A stretch of DNA of 64,000 bases from Candidatus Bathyarchaeia archaeon (GCA_050012255.1 JBEKHN010000005.1:53337-117336), one strand, 5' to 3'. Shown: positions 50,134 to 60,752, numbered from the stretch's first letter. Numbers and translations: made by a program. Notes: generated by a model not told the origin, from the letters alone.

Positions 50134-50997
50134 TTGAAGGTAAACATAGTTTCTTTGACGTGTTGTGCTGGTTGCGTCTCGTCGTTCTTGAATGCTGGTG
50201 ACGCGCTGGTTGAAATTCTCGCGGGAGACTTCGACATCGTCTACTCCCCAACCTTCATTGACTTGAAGGAGATTCCAAACGTTGACTTGGCAATCGTTGA
50301 AGGGGGAGTCAGGACCAAGGATGATGAGACGTTGATAAGAGAAGTGAGAGCGAAGTGTCGGATACTCGTAGGTTTGGGACTGTGTGCGACCCATGGTGGA
50401 ATAACTAGCCTGGGAAACATGCTTTCCCTCAAGAACCTGTTGGAGAAAGAATATTCCTTGATCGACACGACGAAACTTCCGGAACTTGAGGATCTCATGT
50501 ATCCCATATGCAACTTTGTTGATGTTGACTACTATGTTCCAGGCTGCCCGCCAATGCCTTTCCTGATAGTTCACACGCTGAAAAGCATTGTGAGTGGTAA
50601 GCAGCCAGAACGCCATCAAAGCGTGGTGTGCACCGAATGTCACAGAAAAATAGTTGCAGCGAAGCTCGACCGTTTGTACGGCATATACGAAAAACCAGCA
50701 GACCCTGTGCTCTGCATGGTCAGTCAGGGCTTCGTGTGCTTGGGTTCCTTAACGCGTGAGGGTTGCGGAGCGCCGTGCCCCAGAGCTGGCTTCACGTGCT
50801 TCGGATGCAGGGGTCCGCCTGACTCGATGATGTACAGGTCAAGGGACATGTACGCCTTCTTGGTCAAAGTCATAGCGAGCAGAACGAGCATTCCTGAAGA
50901 AACGATTAAGGAGGAACTCTACCGCAACCCCTTCGTTTTCCATACTTTCATCTTTTCAAGGTTTGAGCGTGCCAAAGCGAGGGACAGGGTCGTTTGA
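50134..50997 (+). CDS. Group 3 NiFe hydrogenase small subunit (MvhG-like)
   Basis: CCAGC, VEGG, GLCATHGG, PGCPP, CTEC, CLGS...CGAPCP...CFGCRGP. Confidence 0.9.
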   Translation: MKVNIVSLTCCAGCVSSFLNAGDALVEILAGDFDIVYSPTFIDLKEIPNVDLAIVEGGVRTKDDETLIREVRAKCRILVGLGLCATHGGITSLGNMLSLKNLLEKEYSLIDTTKLPELEDLMYPICNFVDVDYYVPGCPPMPFLIVHTLKSIVSGKQPERHQSVVCTECHRKIVAAKLDRLYGIYEKPADPVLCMVSQGFVCLGSLTREGCGAPCPRAGFTCFGCRGPPDSMMYRSRDMYAFLVKVIASRTSIPEETIKEELYRNPFVFHTFIFSRFERAKARDRVV

Positions 50998-52403
50998 GCA
51001 GCAAAGAGATAACGATATCGCCGACGACGAGGATTGAGGGGCACGGCAAAGTCACGATAATGCTTGATGAGTCTGGAAACGTTGCGGACGCTCATTTCTA
51101 CGCCACAGAAATTCGTGGCTTCGAATATTTCCTGAGGGGGATGGAGGCGGACAGGCTTCCATTCATAATCTCGAGGATATGCGGCGTATGCTCAACGGCC
51201 CACATAATGGCGTCTGTGGAAGCCATAGAAAGCATTTACCAAACAGAGATAACTGATACAGCCCGGAAACTCCGTGAGCTTCTGCTCATGGGACAAATAG
51301 TCAGCAATCATTCTCTGGTCATTTATTTTCTCACACTTCCCGATTTCTGGTTTCCCCTAGAAGAGGACCCCTCGAAGAGAAACATATTCCAGATTATGCG
51401 AGAAAGACCTGACGTGGGCAAAAGGGCTATAGCCCTCAGAAGCTTCGGTGCTAAAATATTAGATGTCGTTGGAAAGCGTGAAGTGCATATTCTTTCGGTG
51501 ATTCCTGGGGGTCTAATCACTCCTCTCAGGGAAAGAGAGCGCGAAGAGCTGCTCAAGGAGGCTGAAAACTCGATCGCCATTGCTGGAGAAGCTCTGGCCA
51601 CGGGCAAGGAGCTTTTCGAGAAGAACTGGGCAGACTTCAAGAGAGCTGGAGACTACAGGACTCATTACATGGCGTTAACGCAAGATGACGCCATAAACTT
51701 CTACCGCGGAAACATCCGAATCATCAATCCTGAAGGCGGAAACGTGGCGGAATTTGCAGCCCAAGACTACATGGAGCACGTCGAAGAAAAAATCTATCCT
51801 TGGACATTCGCAAAATTTGGTTACCTGAAGGCTTTAGGATGGCTTGAGGGCATCGTGCAGGTGGGTCCGACAGCAAGAATCAACGTGAACAGCAAAACTA
51901 CAACTGAGCTTGCCAACGCGGAGCTACGTGAGTTCAAAAGAAAATTTGGAACCCCTGCTCACACTACCATTCTCCTCGATTACGCCCGTCTGATTGACCT
52001 GATGTACGCGGTTGAGAAAGCGAAGGAACTTCTGGAGGACAAGACCCTGACACGATCAGACACCAGAGTCAAAGTCGAACCGAAAGGTGGCAGAGGAATT
52101 GGAGTAGTCGAAGCACCAAGAGGCACCCTTGCACACGAATACGTTTTGTCCAACGACGGCCGGCTGGAACAGTTGAAACTGATAATACCCACGCAGATCA
52201 ACAATCAGGCGATAAACCTGAACGTGAAAGACGCTGCAACAGAGTTCATACACAACGGCGAGATCAAGCCAGGACTCTTGAACAGAATCGAAATGGTGAT
52301 AAGAGCTTACGACCCCTGCATAAAATGCGCCACGAGAACCACTGGCGAAAGACTAAGAGTTGAAATAAAAAATCATTGGGGCAGGCTGCTTACAATTCTG
52401 TAG
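50994..52403 (+). CDS. Group 3 NiFe hydrogenase large subunit (MvhA-like)
   Basis: TRIEGH, RICGVC, EAPRG, YDPCIKC. Confidence 0.92.
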   Translation: MSSKEITISPTTRIEGHGKVTIMLDESGNVADAHFYATEIRGFEYFLRGMEADRLPFIISRICGVCSTAHIMASVEAIESIYQTEITDTARKLRELLLMGQIVSNHSLVIYFLTLPDFWFPLEEDPSKRNIFQIMRERPDVGKRAIALRSFGAKILDVVGKREVHILSVIPGGLITPLREREREELLKEAENSIAIAGEALATGKELFEKNWADFKRAGDYRTHYMALTQDDAINFYRGNIRIINPEGGNVAEFAAQDYMEHVEEKIYPWTFAKFGYLKALGWLEGIVQVGPTARINVNSKTTTELANAELREFKRKFGTPAHTTILLDYARLIDLMYAVEKAKELLEDKTLTRSDTRVKVEPKGGRGIGVVEAPRGTLAHEYVLSNDGRLEQLKLIIPTQINNQAINLNVKDAATEFIHNGEIKPGLLNRIEMVIRAYDPCIKCATRTTGERLRVEIKNHWGRLLTIL

Positions 52404-52409
52404 AGCCTT

Positions 52410-52601
52410 TCAAACCAAGATATCTATTGCCTGACCTGGACAGTTGACGATGCAGGTTCTGCACATTATACAGTTCTCCACGTTGACAATCTCTACTCTT
52501 TCTGTTTTTCCTTCGCGGAAAACTGAAAATGGGCATATCTCCACGCAGATCTTTTCTTTTTCTCTCAAGCACTTGGCGCTATCGACTTTGACCTTGGCCA
52601 T
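52410..52601 (-). CDS. Small ferredoxin
   Basis: CVEICP and CIMCRTCIVNCP. Confidence 0.85.
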   Translation of the reverse strand: MAKVKVDSAKCLREKEKICVEICPFSVFREGKTERVEIVNVENCIMCRTCIVNCPGQAIDILV

Positions 52602-52730
52602 GTTTCCGCCTTTGAGGACTCAGGTCTCTTTGCATATCACTTTACGATTTTATCATTTAAACCAATCGTTTCAAGCTAGCACACCCTAAAAATGAAGGAA
52701 AGCAGGCGTGTTTCACGAACGCGTTGATGT

Positions 52731-53210
52731 TTAGCCTCCGGGTGCTCCGTGGAATGGCACGTCTTTCCAGAGAACGTCCCACCAGTCTGCTTCTGTTATG
52801 GTCTCTCCTTTGACAAGGATTTCCAGGACTTGTTTCAAGAGACCATGATGTCTTTTCTCATCCGCCAGTATCGCGTTCAGCAACAGCTTGACCTTGTTAT
52901 CCTTGACTGAGGGAAGTACGTTGCTTATTTTCTTGATAAGCTCTGCCTCCATCTGAATGTGTTTTTCTACGAGGTCCTTCTGTTTGTCAAGGTTTTCTTG
53001 CGTCAGAGCTTTCGAGACGGTTGTCATCAGCATGACTGCCGAGGCGTACATTTCTGCGTGTTTCACAGAGTCCAAGGATACTCCTTTCAAAACACCTTTG
53101 ACCGCGGGGTTTCCAATTTCGGGCAAGGACTTGTTTAGTGATTCCACAATTTTGTTCTCAACTTTGACTTGGTCCTTCAAGAATCTTATCAATTCTTCTT
53201 TCGAGCTCAA
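52731..53210 (-). CDS. Ferritin-like (rubrerythrin-fold) protein
   Basis: DSVKHA, HIQME, DEKRHH. Confidence 0.8.
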   Translation of the reverse strand: MSSKEELIRFLKDQVKVENKIVESLNKSLPEIGNPAVKGVLKGVSLDSVKHAEMYASAVMLMTTVSKALTQENLDKQKDLVEKHIQMEAELIKKISNVLPSVKDNKVKLLLNAILADEKRHHGLLKQVLEILVKGETITEADWWDVLWKDVPFHGAPGG

Positions 53211-53238
53211 ACCTTCGCCTCCTAGTCGTAAACACAGG

Positions 53239-53682
53239 TCAAGCTTTATGAATAAGGCTTTCGGCAACCCTTTTACCTAAAGCAAAGCACTTTTCCAGAC
53301 TAGCTTGGTCCGGCGCATATGCCACTGATAACGGAGGCTCAGTCACTTCCATGCCAAATCTGTTCCTCAATATCTCAAGAACCAGTCTAGGAGCTTCGCC
53401 ACTCCACCCGTATGAACCGAACGCCGCTCCAACTTTGCCGTTCAGCATCACGTTTTTCACAGCCGCCTCCTCAAAATAGTTCTTAAAGGTAACCGGCATG
53501 TCATGATGATAGGTTGCCGCCCCGACAAGTATAGCGTCGAAACCCATGAGCTCCTCTTGGGGCACGTAGTAGTTCAGTTCTACTTGAGTTCCCAGCACGC
53601 TTTTGGCTCCATCTGCAACGGCCCAAGCCATTTTCTCAGTGTTTCCGGTTCTGCTGTAATAAAGGACAAGAATTCTTGGCAT
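53239..53682 (-). CDS. Flavodoxin
   Basis: YYSRTGNTEKMA, FGSYGWSGEA. Confidence 0.92.
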   Translation of the reverse strand: MPRILVLYYSRTGNTEKMAWAVADGAKSVLGTQVELNYYVPQEELMGFDAILVGAATYHHDMPVTFKNYFEEAAVKNVMLNGKVGAAFGSYGWSGEAPRLVLEILRNRFGMEVTEPPLSVAYAPDQASLEKCFALGKRVAESLIHKA

Positions 53683-53770
53683 TCACTCACACTTCGCTCC
53701 ATACTAGAATACGGCACTTATACAAATTCTCTTACTCCCCGAGTTGCTCAAACGAAGGTGAAGAACTGCG

Positions 53771-54178
53771 CTACCAGTTGCCGACAAGAAAAATCCTGGT
53801 CTTCTTGAATCCAACCTTCTTCCAAAATTTCAAGCTTTTATCAGTGACAGTCACGGAAACTGTCGGTGCTCCCATCTTCTGAAACCTCTCAACCATTTCC
53901 TTGACAAGAGCCGTTCCCATGCCTTGCCTCTGATAACCTGGATGAACAGACAGCTGATGGATCATCGCTCTTGAACCATCATAGTTGCCCCTCACCACCC
54001 CGACAACCTTGCCCTTGACTTCACAAACGAGGAACTGTGCTGCGCTACAAGCCTTGACCCTCTTCATGGCTTCCGGCCCATCAACTTCAGGAAAACTGTA
54101 CTGGTCGTTGAGCTTCAGAACTTCGACTATCTCATCCGCGTCAGCCAATTGAAAATCTCTCAACAATGCAGCCACCAA
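53771..54178 (-). CDS. GNAT acetyltransferase
   Basis: VHPGYQRQGMG, FWKKVGF. Confidence 0.88.
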   Translation of the reverse strand: MVAALLRDFQLADADEIVEVLKLNDQYSFPEVDGPEAMKRVKACSAAQFLVCEVKGKVVGVVRGNYDGSRAMIHQLSVHPGYQRQGMGTALVKEMVERFQKMGAPTVSVTVTDKSLKFWKKVGFKKTRIFLVGNW

Positions 54179-54359
54179 GGACCATCCGCACCGAACAGCG
54201 TTTTATCATGCTTTTCCTCGGGCCCGCCTCTCATAAGCGTGTCTATGGGCTGCCGAAGTGGAGTTAACGCGTGCTATTGATCCTTCAAGTGGGCTATCAC
54301 AAAAAGTTTAAGGGCTAACGGGCTTAAATTGAGTCGGCAAGAGAGGAGAAGGCTAGACA

Positions 54360-54656
54360 ATGGAAGAATTTGAGGAGAAATTCATAAAACCGATCATTAA
54401 TGCTTCATATCCTGGAACGTTGGCCGCACTGAGTTTGGCGGTCCTGCAGGTCACAGGTATCCATGGCGAGCAAACTCCCTTTATGTTAAAGTTTGCGTTG
54501 CTAGTGAGCGCAGTGACATTTCTCCTGTCAGCGTTTTCGATATTCTTTTATAGCATCTATCCGACTCGAAAGAAACTTTGGACAAGCGCTGCTATGATGT
54601 TCCTTGTTGGATTGTTCTGCCTATTTGCATCAGTGTTCCTACTGTTTATCGTCTGA
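54360..54656 (+). CDS. Small membrane protein
   Basis: Three hydrophobic segments; GAGGAG upstream. Confidence 0.7.
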   Translation: MEEFEEKFIKPIINASYPGTLAALSLAVLQVTGIHGEQTPFMLKFALLVSAVTFLLSAFSIFFYSIYPTRKKLWTSAAMMFLVGLFCLFASVFLLFIV

Positions 54657-54762
54657 AATGGGCATTGACGATCGACTGAAGCTTTTGAGCAATCTTTGAA
54701 CGGAGAAATGGGAGTAAAAATGTTACGCGCACTAAGGGACGCTTCCCAAGTTTTCGGTTAAA

Positions 54763-55875
54763 CTAGTCTTGCGTGGCTGCGAAGGTGAGGGTGTCAAGAA
54801 GCACAATCCCATAGTACTGTGCCCTTGCGTAGACTTCAAAGGTCCCAACGTACGCAGGATCAGGCGGTACTCGAAAGGTCACGTTTACTATTCCTGAAGA
54901 GTTCGTCGCCTGAGCTAGATAGGCAAAGTCTGTTCCGTTAGGTTGTTTGATGTAAAACCCTACTACTTGATTGGACACTGTCTGGTTGAGCTCATCTCGA
55001 ACTTCGGCGTAGAGAATCACACTTTCATTAAGTGCGAAGTTTCCCCCTGACGTGTTCGGTCCAACGCCGCCCTTTTGGGTGAAAACGTCTATTACCCGCG
55101 GCTGCAAGAAACATTCAAAGCTTATCGTGGCGTTCAAGGCCTGTCCATACACTTCGCTTGAAGCTGATGTTTGCCAGATTCCTAGGGAGAAGGCTGAGGG
55201 CCACGGAATGCGGAAGGTAACGTTCGCTGTTCCAAGGCTGTTCGTGGTCACTGTTTGCAGGGAAAAGAATTCAGTGTCATTTGGAGTTTTAACATCAAAG
55301 GTAACCGGGGTTCCAGCAATTGAGGCATTTTTGTATGACAATTGGGCCTCAAGGAGAACTGTTTCGTTTGGGAGAAAGGAGATGCTGGGAACCCCGTTCC
55401 TTTTAGAAAAGAGGTCAATTCGAGCGCTTTGCGACTCGCATTTGAAGTCAAGGGTATCATTCACTGCTTCATTGTCTACCGTCGCGTTTGCGAGGGCGTG
55501 CCATGTTCCTATGACGTGGCCCTCAGAAGGAAGAAGGGAGAGGTCTGTTTCAGCAAGACCTAAGTCGTTTGTTGAAGCTGTCCTAATTATCTGAGCGTCA
55601 TCTGGCTTTTGTATCGAAAATGTCACTGGGCGGTTTTTTAATTTGATGCCTCCCTGAGTGAGATAAGCATAGATAGAAACATTGTCGAAAGGCTCAAAGT
55701 TACCATCGGAAACGTTGATTCCTATGCCGCCTTTCTGCATGAAAGCATCCAGTACGGTCTCAAGCTTTGTAGGAGTTGGAGTTTCAGAGAATAAGCCGTA
55801 GCTTATTGTCCCAAGCCCGAGTGCTAGGCTGATTGCGAGGATTGATGCTGCGAGCACTTCTTTCTTAGAGTTCAT
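54763..55875 (-). CDS. Membrane-anchored surface protein with three Ig-like repeats
   Basis: N-terminal TM; repeats D.F.QKGG...V.F....P......TN..G. Confidence 0.8.
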   Translation of the reverse strand: MNSKKEVLAASILAISLALGLGTISYGLFSETPTPTKLETVLDAFMQKGGIGINVSDGNFEPFDNVSIYAYLTQGGIKLKNRPVTFSIQKPDDAQIIRTASTNDLGLAETDLSLLPSEGHVIGTWHALANATVDNEAVNDTLDFKCESQSARIDLFSKRNGVPSISFLPNETVLLEAQLSYKNASIAGTPVTFDVKTPNDTEFFSLQTVTTNSLGTANVTFRIPWPSAFSLGIWQTSASSEVYGQALNATISFECFLQPRVIDVFTQKGGVGPNTSGGNFALNESVILYAEVRDELNQTVSNQVVGFYIKQPNGTDFAYLAQATNSSGIVNVTFRVPPDPAYVGTFEVYARAQYYGIVLLDTLTFAATQD

Positions 55876-55922
55876 GAGGCATCAACAGAATGAATAGTCA
55901 GTGAAAAATTTAATTCTACGTT

Positions 55923-55940
55923 TTTGTACATGTGTACAAA
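55923..55940. promoter_or_regulatory. Palindrome TTTGTACA-TG-TGTACAAA between divergent genes
   Basis: Perfect 8-2-8 inverted repeat. Confidence 0.55.
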
Positions 55941-56006
55941 TAGTTTGAACAGCGATATTTCAAATAGTGTGATACGATTGCTTTCTCATATGGAGACGGA
56001 AAAGCT

Positions 56007-56423
56007 GTGAGCGAATCGAAGGACGTTCTGAGAGGGCTCACGCTAAAGGTTTACAAGTTTATATTGAAAAGCGATAGGCCGATCGGAATCCGCGAAGTTC
56101 AGCGGGCGCTGAATCTGAGCAGTCCGACCCTGGCGCTTTATCACATGAACAAGCTGGAAGAGGCAGGCTTAGTAAAAAAGGAATTAGGCGGTTATGTTGC
56201 GGATCGAATAGTCCTTGAGAACCTCGTTCGTTTTAGAAGGTTTTTGATCCCGAGAAATTTCTTCTATACAATATTCTTAGTAACTTCATTGATATTCATG
56301 GTAGTTTTTCTTAGACCGCCCATCCTTACAAGAGAATACGTATTCGCTTTGGGAGTTGTCAGCGTTGCGACGGCAACATCAGTCTACGAAACAATCAGAG
56401 TCCTTTCTAAGAAAGCGCTGTAA
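56007..56423 (+). CDS. Membrane-bound winged-helix transcription regulator
   Basis: GIREVQRALNLSSPTLALYHMNKL + two C-terminal TM. Confidence 0.82.
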   Translation: MSESKDVLRGLTLKVYKFILKSDRPIGIREVQRALNLSSPTLALYHMNKLEEAGLVKKELGGYVADRIVLENLVRFRRFLIPRNFFYTIFLVTSLIFMVVFLRPPILTREYVFALGVVSVATATSVYETIRVLSKKAL

Positions 56424-56569
56424 CCATGAGCCCATCTTGTGGAAGAAAATCGCGCCATTGGACGACCTCCTTCGAGCATCACAACACAACGGCATCATAC
56501 GCGAAGTGAAAATGCTTGAACATGAGAGCATGAAGAAGATATTGGCTCACGCTCAGTAGGAATGACCTG

Positions 56570-57373
56570 CTAGTCCAGGTAGTTAACTGTGAAGGAGGAG
56601 CCGTTGGAAGTTAAGGGTGAAACACTCACCAGTTATGTGTTTTGACGATTGTACATTATGATTTGGATGTGAGGAAAACTGCTTGCCGTTCCAACTGTGC
56701 TGCTTATGGTCGCTGTGCAACCTGTGTATGTTACTTGACCAAAGTCAGCTAGAGTCATAAGACGGTTGTTTATTGTTGGTCTCTCCACAATCCATTCTGC
56801 AGAGAGCATCGAGGAAGGATAGGAGACATTTTTCTGGAACGATTGTTCATTTGTGGCATCATGAATTTCAATCGACCAGATGCTCGTGGCTGGGTCCAAA
56901 ATCGATATTGAAGCCGTGATTCTGTCCCCTGGCATCACGCTCAATGAATCCAACGTCACCGCATTGCTATTCAACAGCTCATACCAGGCCGAGTATGTCC
57001 CTTGTCCGCTTGTTGAGTCTTGTTCAGTTTCTGCTTGGATCAAAGTACCGTCAAATTGTCCACCAATACCAATCCACGCCGCTGAGAAAGAGTCTCTCAG
57101 TGAAACGTCGACTGAGGGAACCGTCCAAGACCCATTGACGCTCGTGACTCTCGGTTGCGGGTAATTCAAGTCTGAGGCGACAGTATAGCCCGACCAGTCG
57201 GAGCTGATTAAGTGCTGATTCCGCGAATTTGTAAGAAGCGGAAAGACAAGGACCAGAGCAAGGAGCAGCAAAGAAGCCAGCAAGACAATCAGTAGAACCC
57301 GGTAGGCGGTCCTTCGCCTCTCCGTAGGAGGCTGTTCTGAAGGCTGTTCTGAAGGCGCAGCCAAAACGTTCAT
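56570..57373 (-). pseudogene. G1 glutamic peptidase (eqolisin) with premature stop
   Basis: SSDWSGY, AWIGIGG, IQAETEQ, AEWIVERP; TAA at 56633 followed in frame by LVSVSPLTSNGSSFTVNYLD*. Confidence 0.78.
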
Positions 57374-57782
57374 CCACGTCTCTCCACTTGTGATTTGACG
57401 TTTTGCGATGTTAAAGCACTTGTGGCTCTCATGCCACAGCAACAACATGCCTAATCCTTGGCGTTGACAGACTCGTTCTTGCTAAAACCTAGGCTCCTGT
57501 TCATTGTCTCCTATCGAGTTTGTAGTCGAAACATTCCAAGAAGAACTGCAAGCACCGCAATCTCGCTTCTCGTCACTGCGCCTAGTCAGCCTAAGAAGTG
57601 TTAGAAGTTTTATGATTTTATGCAAGGAGCCAGAGACGGGAGTTGAATCCAAGGCTAATGGAGACATCACTGCGATCCCTTTGTTTTGTAGTCACAGTTT
57701 GTGATTGCTGAGAGTGAGTCAGCCTTTATAGCCAAGACTAAATGATCTTACGCAAAGGACCGGTTCCAAGAAGTGTGAGAGC

Positions 57783-59186
57783 GTGGATGAAAGCAAGGAA
57801 TCTGACTTGCAGAGAATCCTCAACAAGGCTACTGCCCTCGGAGCGTCATACGCGGATACCCGTTATCAACGTTTTGATGATGAACAAATCACCGTGGAAA
57901 ACAAGGAATTGAAGAGTTATTCTGCCAGAAGACTCAGCGGAATAGGGATAAGGACCGTCGTCAACGGAGGGGTTGGCTATGCATCAACCAGCGACTTTAG
58001 CCAAGACCGCCTCGCGGCAACTCTTCGAAATGCTGTCAAAGCTGCCAGATCTGTGAAAGGCCAGAAACACGCTTTTGCAGAGACTAAAATCAAGAAAGCA
58101 ACGGTGAAATCGCCGCGGAAAATTGATCCTGACGATGTTCCTCCGGAAGAAAAGGTCTCGTTGGTGCTGGACGCAAACAAAACTGCCTGGGTTGACACCA
58201 ACGTGAAAACCTGCCTGACAAGGCTCGGACTTACGAAAGATTCTAGACTCTTCATGTCGACAGAGGGAGCACGCGTAGAAGTTGAAACCACGCTGGTTGG
58301 ACTTGCGCACTCAACCGTCGCAAAAGTCAACGGAGTCATGGAAAACGTCAACGATATAGGTGAATCAAGATGTGCAGGGTTTGAATTTATCAAGTCTCAA
58401 GACTGGAATTCTTACACTGCCGGCGTGTCAAGACTTGCGGTAGAGGCAGCGGGCTCTGGAACTCCGCCTCCGGGCACGTACACCGTCGTGGTCGGCCCTT
58501 TGATCTTGGGGCTTGTCCTCCATGAAGCGTTCGGACACGCTTCCGAGGGTGACATCGTAGCGTCCGGCGAATCTGTGCTTCAAAACAAGCTGGGTGAAAA
58601 ACTGGCCAGCGACGACGTAACGATAATCGACGAGGGCATCGTTGAGGGAGGCTACTTCTACCCGTTCGATGATGAGGGAACGGAAAAGGAGAAGACGGTC
58701 ATCGTTGAAAACGGAGTCCTCAAGAATTTCCTCCAAAGCAGAAACACAGCGCACGAGATCGGAGTCAAGACGACTGGCAACGCAAGAGCGCAGGACTTTG
58801 ACAACCTGCCAATAGTGAGGCAGACCAACTACTACCTGCAGCCGAGAGACGCAACGTTTGAAGAGATGATCGAGGAAGTCGACTTTGGAATATACGTTAG
58901 GGGAAAGGGTGGCGGAGGGGGAGAGGTCGAGCCAGGTTTGGGAACGTTCACTTTCGGCGTTGGACCTTCAAAAGTGATAAGAAAGGGCGAGCTGGCTGAG
59001 ACGGTTAAGGGCGTGGTTATCAGCGGCTCTATCCTTGAAACGCTAAAAACGGTTGATGCCGCCGGAAAAGATCTTAAAATCATTACGAGTGTTTTCGGCG
59101 GCTGCGGGAAGGATGGGCAGAGAGCCACTGTCGGTTTTGGAGGACCGCACGTCAGAGTTCGCAAGATGATTGTGGGAGGAAGGTGA
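57783..59186 (+). CDS. tldD: TldD metalloprotease
   Basis: HEAFGH, FDDEG, GNAR, GCGKDGQ. Confidence 0.93.
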   Translation: MDESKESDLQRILNKATALGASYADTRYQRFDDEQITVENKELKSYSARRLSGIGIRTVVNGGVGYASTSDFSQDRLAATLRNAVKAARSVKGQKHAFAETKIKKATVKSPRKIDPDDVPPEEKVSLVLDANKTAWVDTNVKTCLTRLGLTKDSRLFMSTEGARVEVETTLVGLAHSTVAKVNGVMENVNDIGESRCAGFEFIKSQDWNSYTAGVSRLAVEAAGSGTPPPGTYTVVVGPLILGLVLHEAFGHASEGDIVASGESVLQNKLGEKLASDDVTIIDEGIVEGGYFYPFDDEGTEKEKTVIVENGVLKNFLQSRNTAHEIGVKTTGNARAQDFDNLPIVRQTNYYLQPRDATFEEMIEEVDFGIYVRGKGGGGGEVEPGLGTFTFGVGPSKVIRKGELAETVKGVVISGSILETLKTVDAAGKDLKIITSVFGGCGKDGQRATVGFGGPHVRVRKMIVGGR

Positions 59187-60546
59187 AACCGTGGAGTTGG
59201 CTGATTCAGCAGTGAAAAAAGCACTCAGTGCAGGAGCGACTGAGGCGGAGGCCTACGTGCAAAGGATCAACAACGTATCCGTGACTTTCCAAGACAAGAT
59301 TGAGAACATAAGAACCGTGGAATCCACTGGAATAGGCTTGAGCGTGGCAGTGGGGAAGAAGACCGCCGTTTACTCCACCTCCATTCTGGACGAAAAGGAA
59401 ATTGACGAAGCAGCCAAGAAGGCGGTCAAAATAGCCAAGGTGGCCTCTGAAGATTCACGCTGGAAACACTTCAACAAGCAATTTGGCAAGACAAGTGTCG
59501 AAGGGTGCTACGACAAAAAACTGGAAAACCCTGACTACAAGGAAATCACGGAAACGCTGATTTCAGCCGTGAGCTGCATGAAGGCTTTTGACAAGAGGGT
59601 CAGACCTACCCGCAGCTTCCTCTTTACTGCACTAGAAAACGTGTCTGTCGGGAACAGCTACAGGGAAAGCATCGAGAGAAAGGCAACAGAAGTGGCTGTG
59701 TATTTGACGACGAAGGTCGAAGAAGCCGGGATGAACAGCACTGGAGCAGAGCATCAGCAAGCTAGAACTTGGAAAGAGATCAAGTTCGACGATTTGGCCA
59801 CCAAGGCAGCCGAAAAAGCCGTGAAGTACTTGAAGGCAAAGGTTATCCCCAGCACCAAAATGCCCGTGATCATCAGGAATCAGATCTTTGCAAACCTTCT
59901 CGGAATCTTTCTCAGCGGGCCGATAAACGCTGATTGGGTGCAGAAAGGAAGATCACCGATGACGGGCAAACTTGGAAAGCAAGTCGCCTCCCAGAACGTT
60001 GAACTCATCGACGACGGCACTATGCCCGGAGGGTTCAGTACAAGGCCCTTCGACGACGAGGGACATCCGACCCAAAGAACACCAATCATCGAGAAGGGCG
60101 TCCTCAAGAACTATCTTTACGACACCTACACTGCGCTGCAGGACAACGTAGAATCGACGGGAAACGCCACTAAAAGCATCGGCTACTGGACCAGACCGCA
60201 ACCGACCCCGAGCAACCTAGTTCTGAAACCAGAGAAAACATCGTTAGAAGAAATCGTGCAGCAGACTGAGAAAGGACTGTACGTCGAACAGACGATCGGA
60301 GAATGGCTCTCAAACCCCGTCAGCGGCAACCTCAACGCGACGGTGACCCATGGTTTCCTCATCGAAAACGGCAGAGAAACCCAGCCAGTCAACGGAGTAA
60401 TAATCGCAGCAAACTTCCACGAACTCCTCATGAGCGGAATACAAATGATAGGCAACGATCCCAGAAGCAGCATGGGACTCGGCGCTGGCGCAACCGTCTA
60501 CTCACCAACGATCAAACTCGCCGAACTAACGATAGCTGGAAAGTAA
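59170..60546 (+). CDS. pmbA: PmbA/TldE
   Basis: FDDEG, STGNA, no HExxH; follows tldD; true start may be 59191. Confidence 0.9.
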   Translation: MWEEGETVELADSAVKKALSAGATEAEAYVQRINNVSVTFQDKIENIRTVESTGIGLSVAVGKKTAVYSTSILDEKEIDEAAKKAVKIAKVASEDSRWKHFNKQFGKTSVEGCYDKKLENPDYKEITETLISAVSCMKAFDKRVRPTRSFLFTALENVSVGNSYRESIERKATEVAVYLTTKVEEAGMNSTGAEHQQARTWKEIKFDDLATKAAEKAVKYLKAKVIPSTKMPVIIRNQIFANLLGIFLSGPINADWVQKGRSPMTGKLGKQVASQNVELIDDGTMPGGFSTRPFDDEGHPTQRTPIIEKGVLKNYLYDTYTALQDNVESTGNATKSIGYWTRPQPTPSNLVLKPEKTSLEEIVQQTEKGLYVEQTIGEWLSNPVSGNLNATVTHGFLIENGRETQPVNGVIIAANFHELLMSGIQMIGNDPRSSMGLGAGATVYSPTIKLAELTIAGK

Positions 60547-60752
60547 ATCGTCGCACGGCTTGAGCCAAACATCCGTGAATCGTCATTAACACAGAGAAGC
60601 GAAAGATTGGCTCAAGAAAAAACAAATGCGCGAAGACGATGACCGCGCGTGCATTGCAGCCACAAACATCAAGGAAGCTACGGAGCCCATCGAAGCAGGA
60701 TACGAATGCGTCTGCGACATGGAAAACGACAAGCTGTTCAGAAAACGCGCGC

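Noticed and set aside
56633-56635. Stop-codon recoding (Sec/Pyl) in the G1 peptidase
   Set aside because: The codon is TAA, not TGA or TAG; a CAA-to-TAA mutation or sequencing error is simpler.
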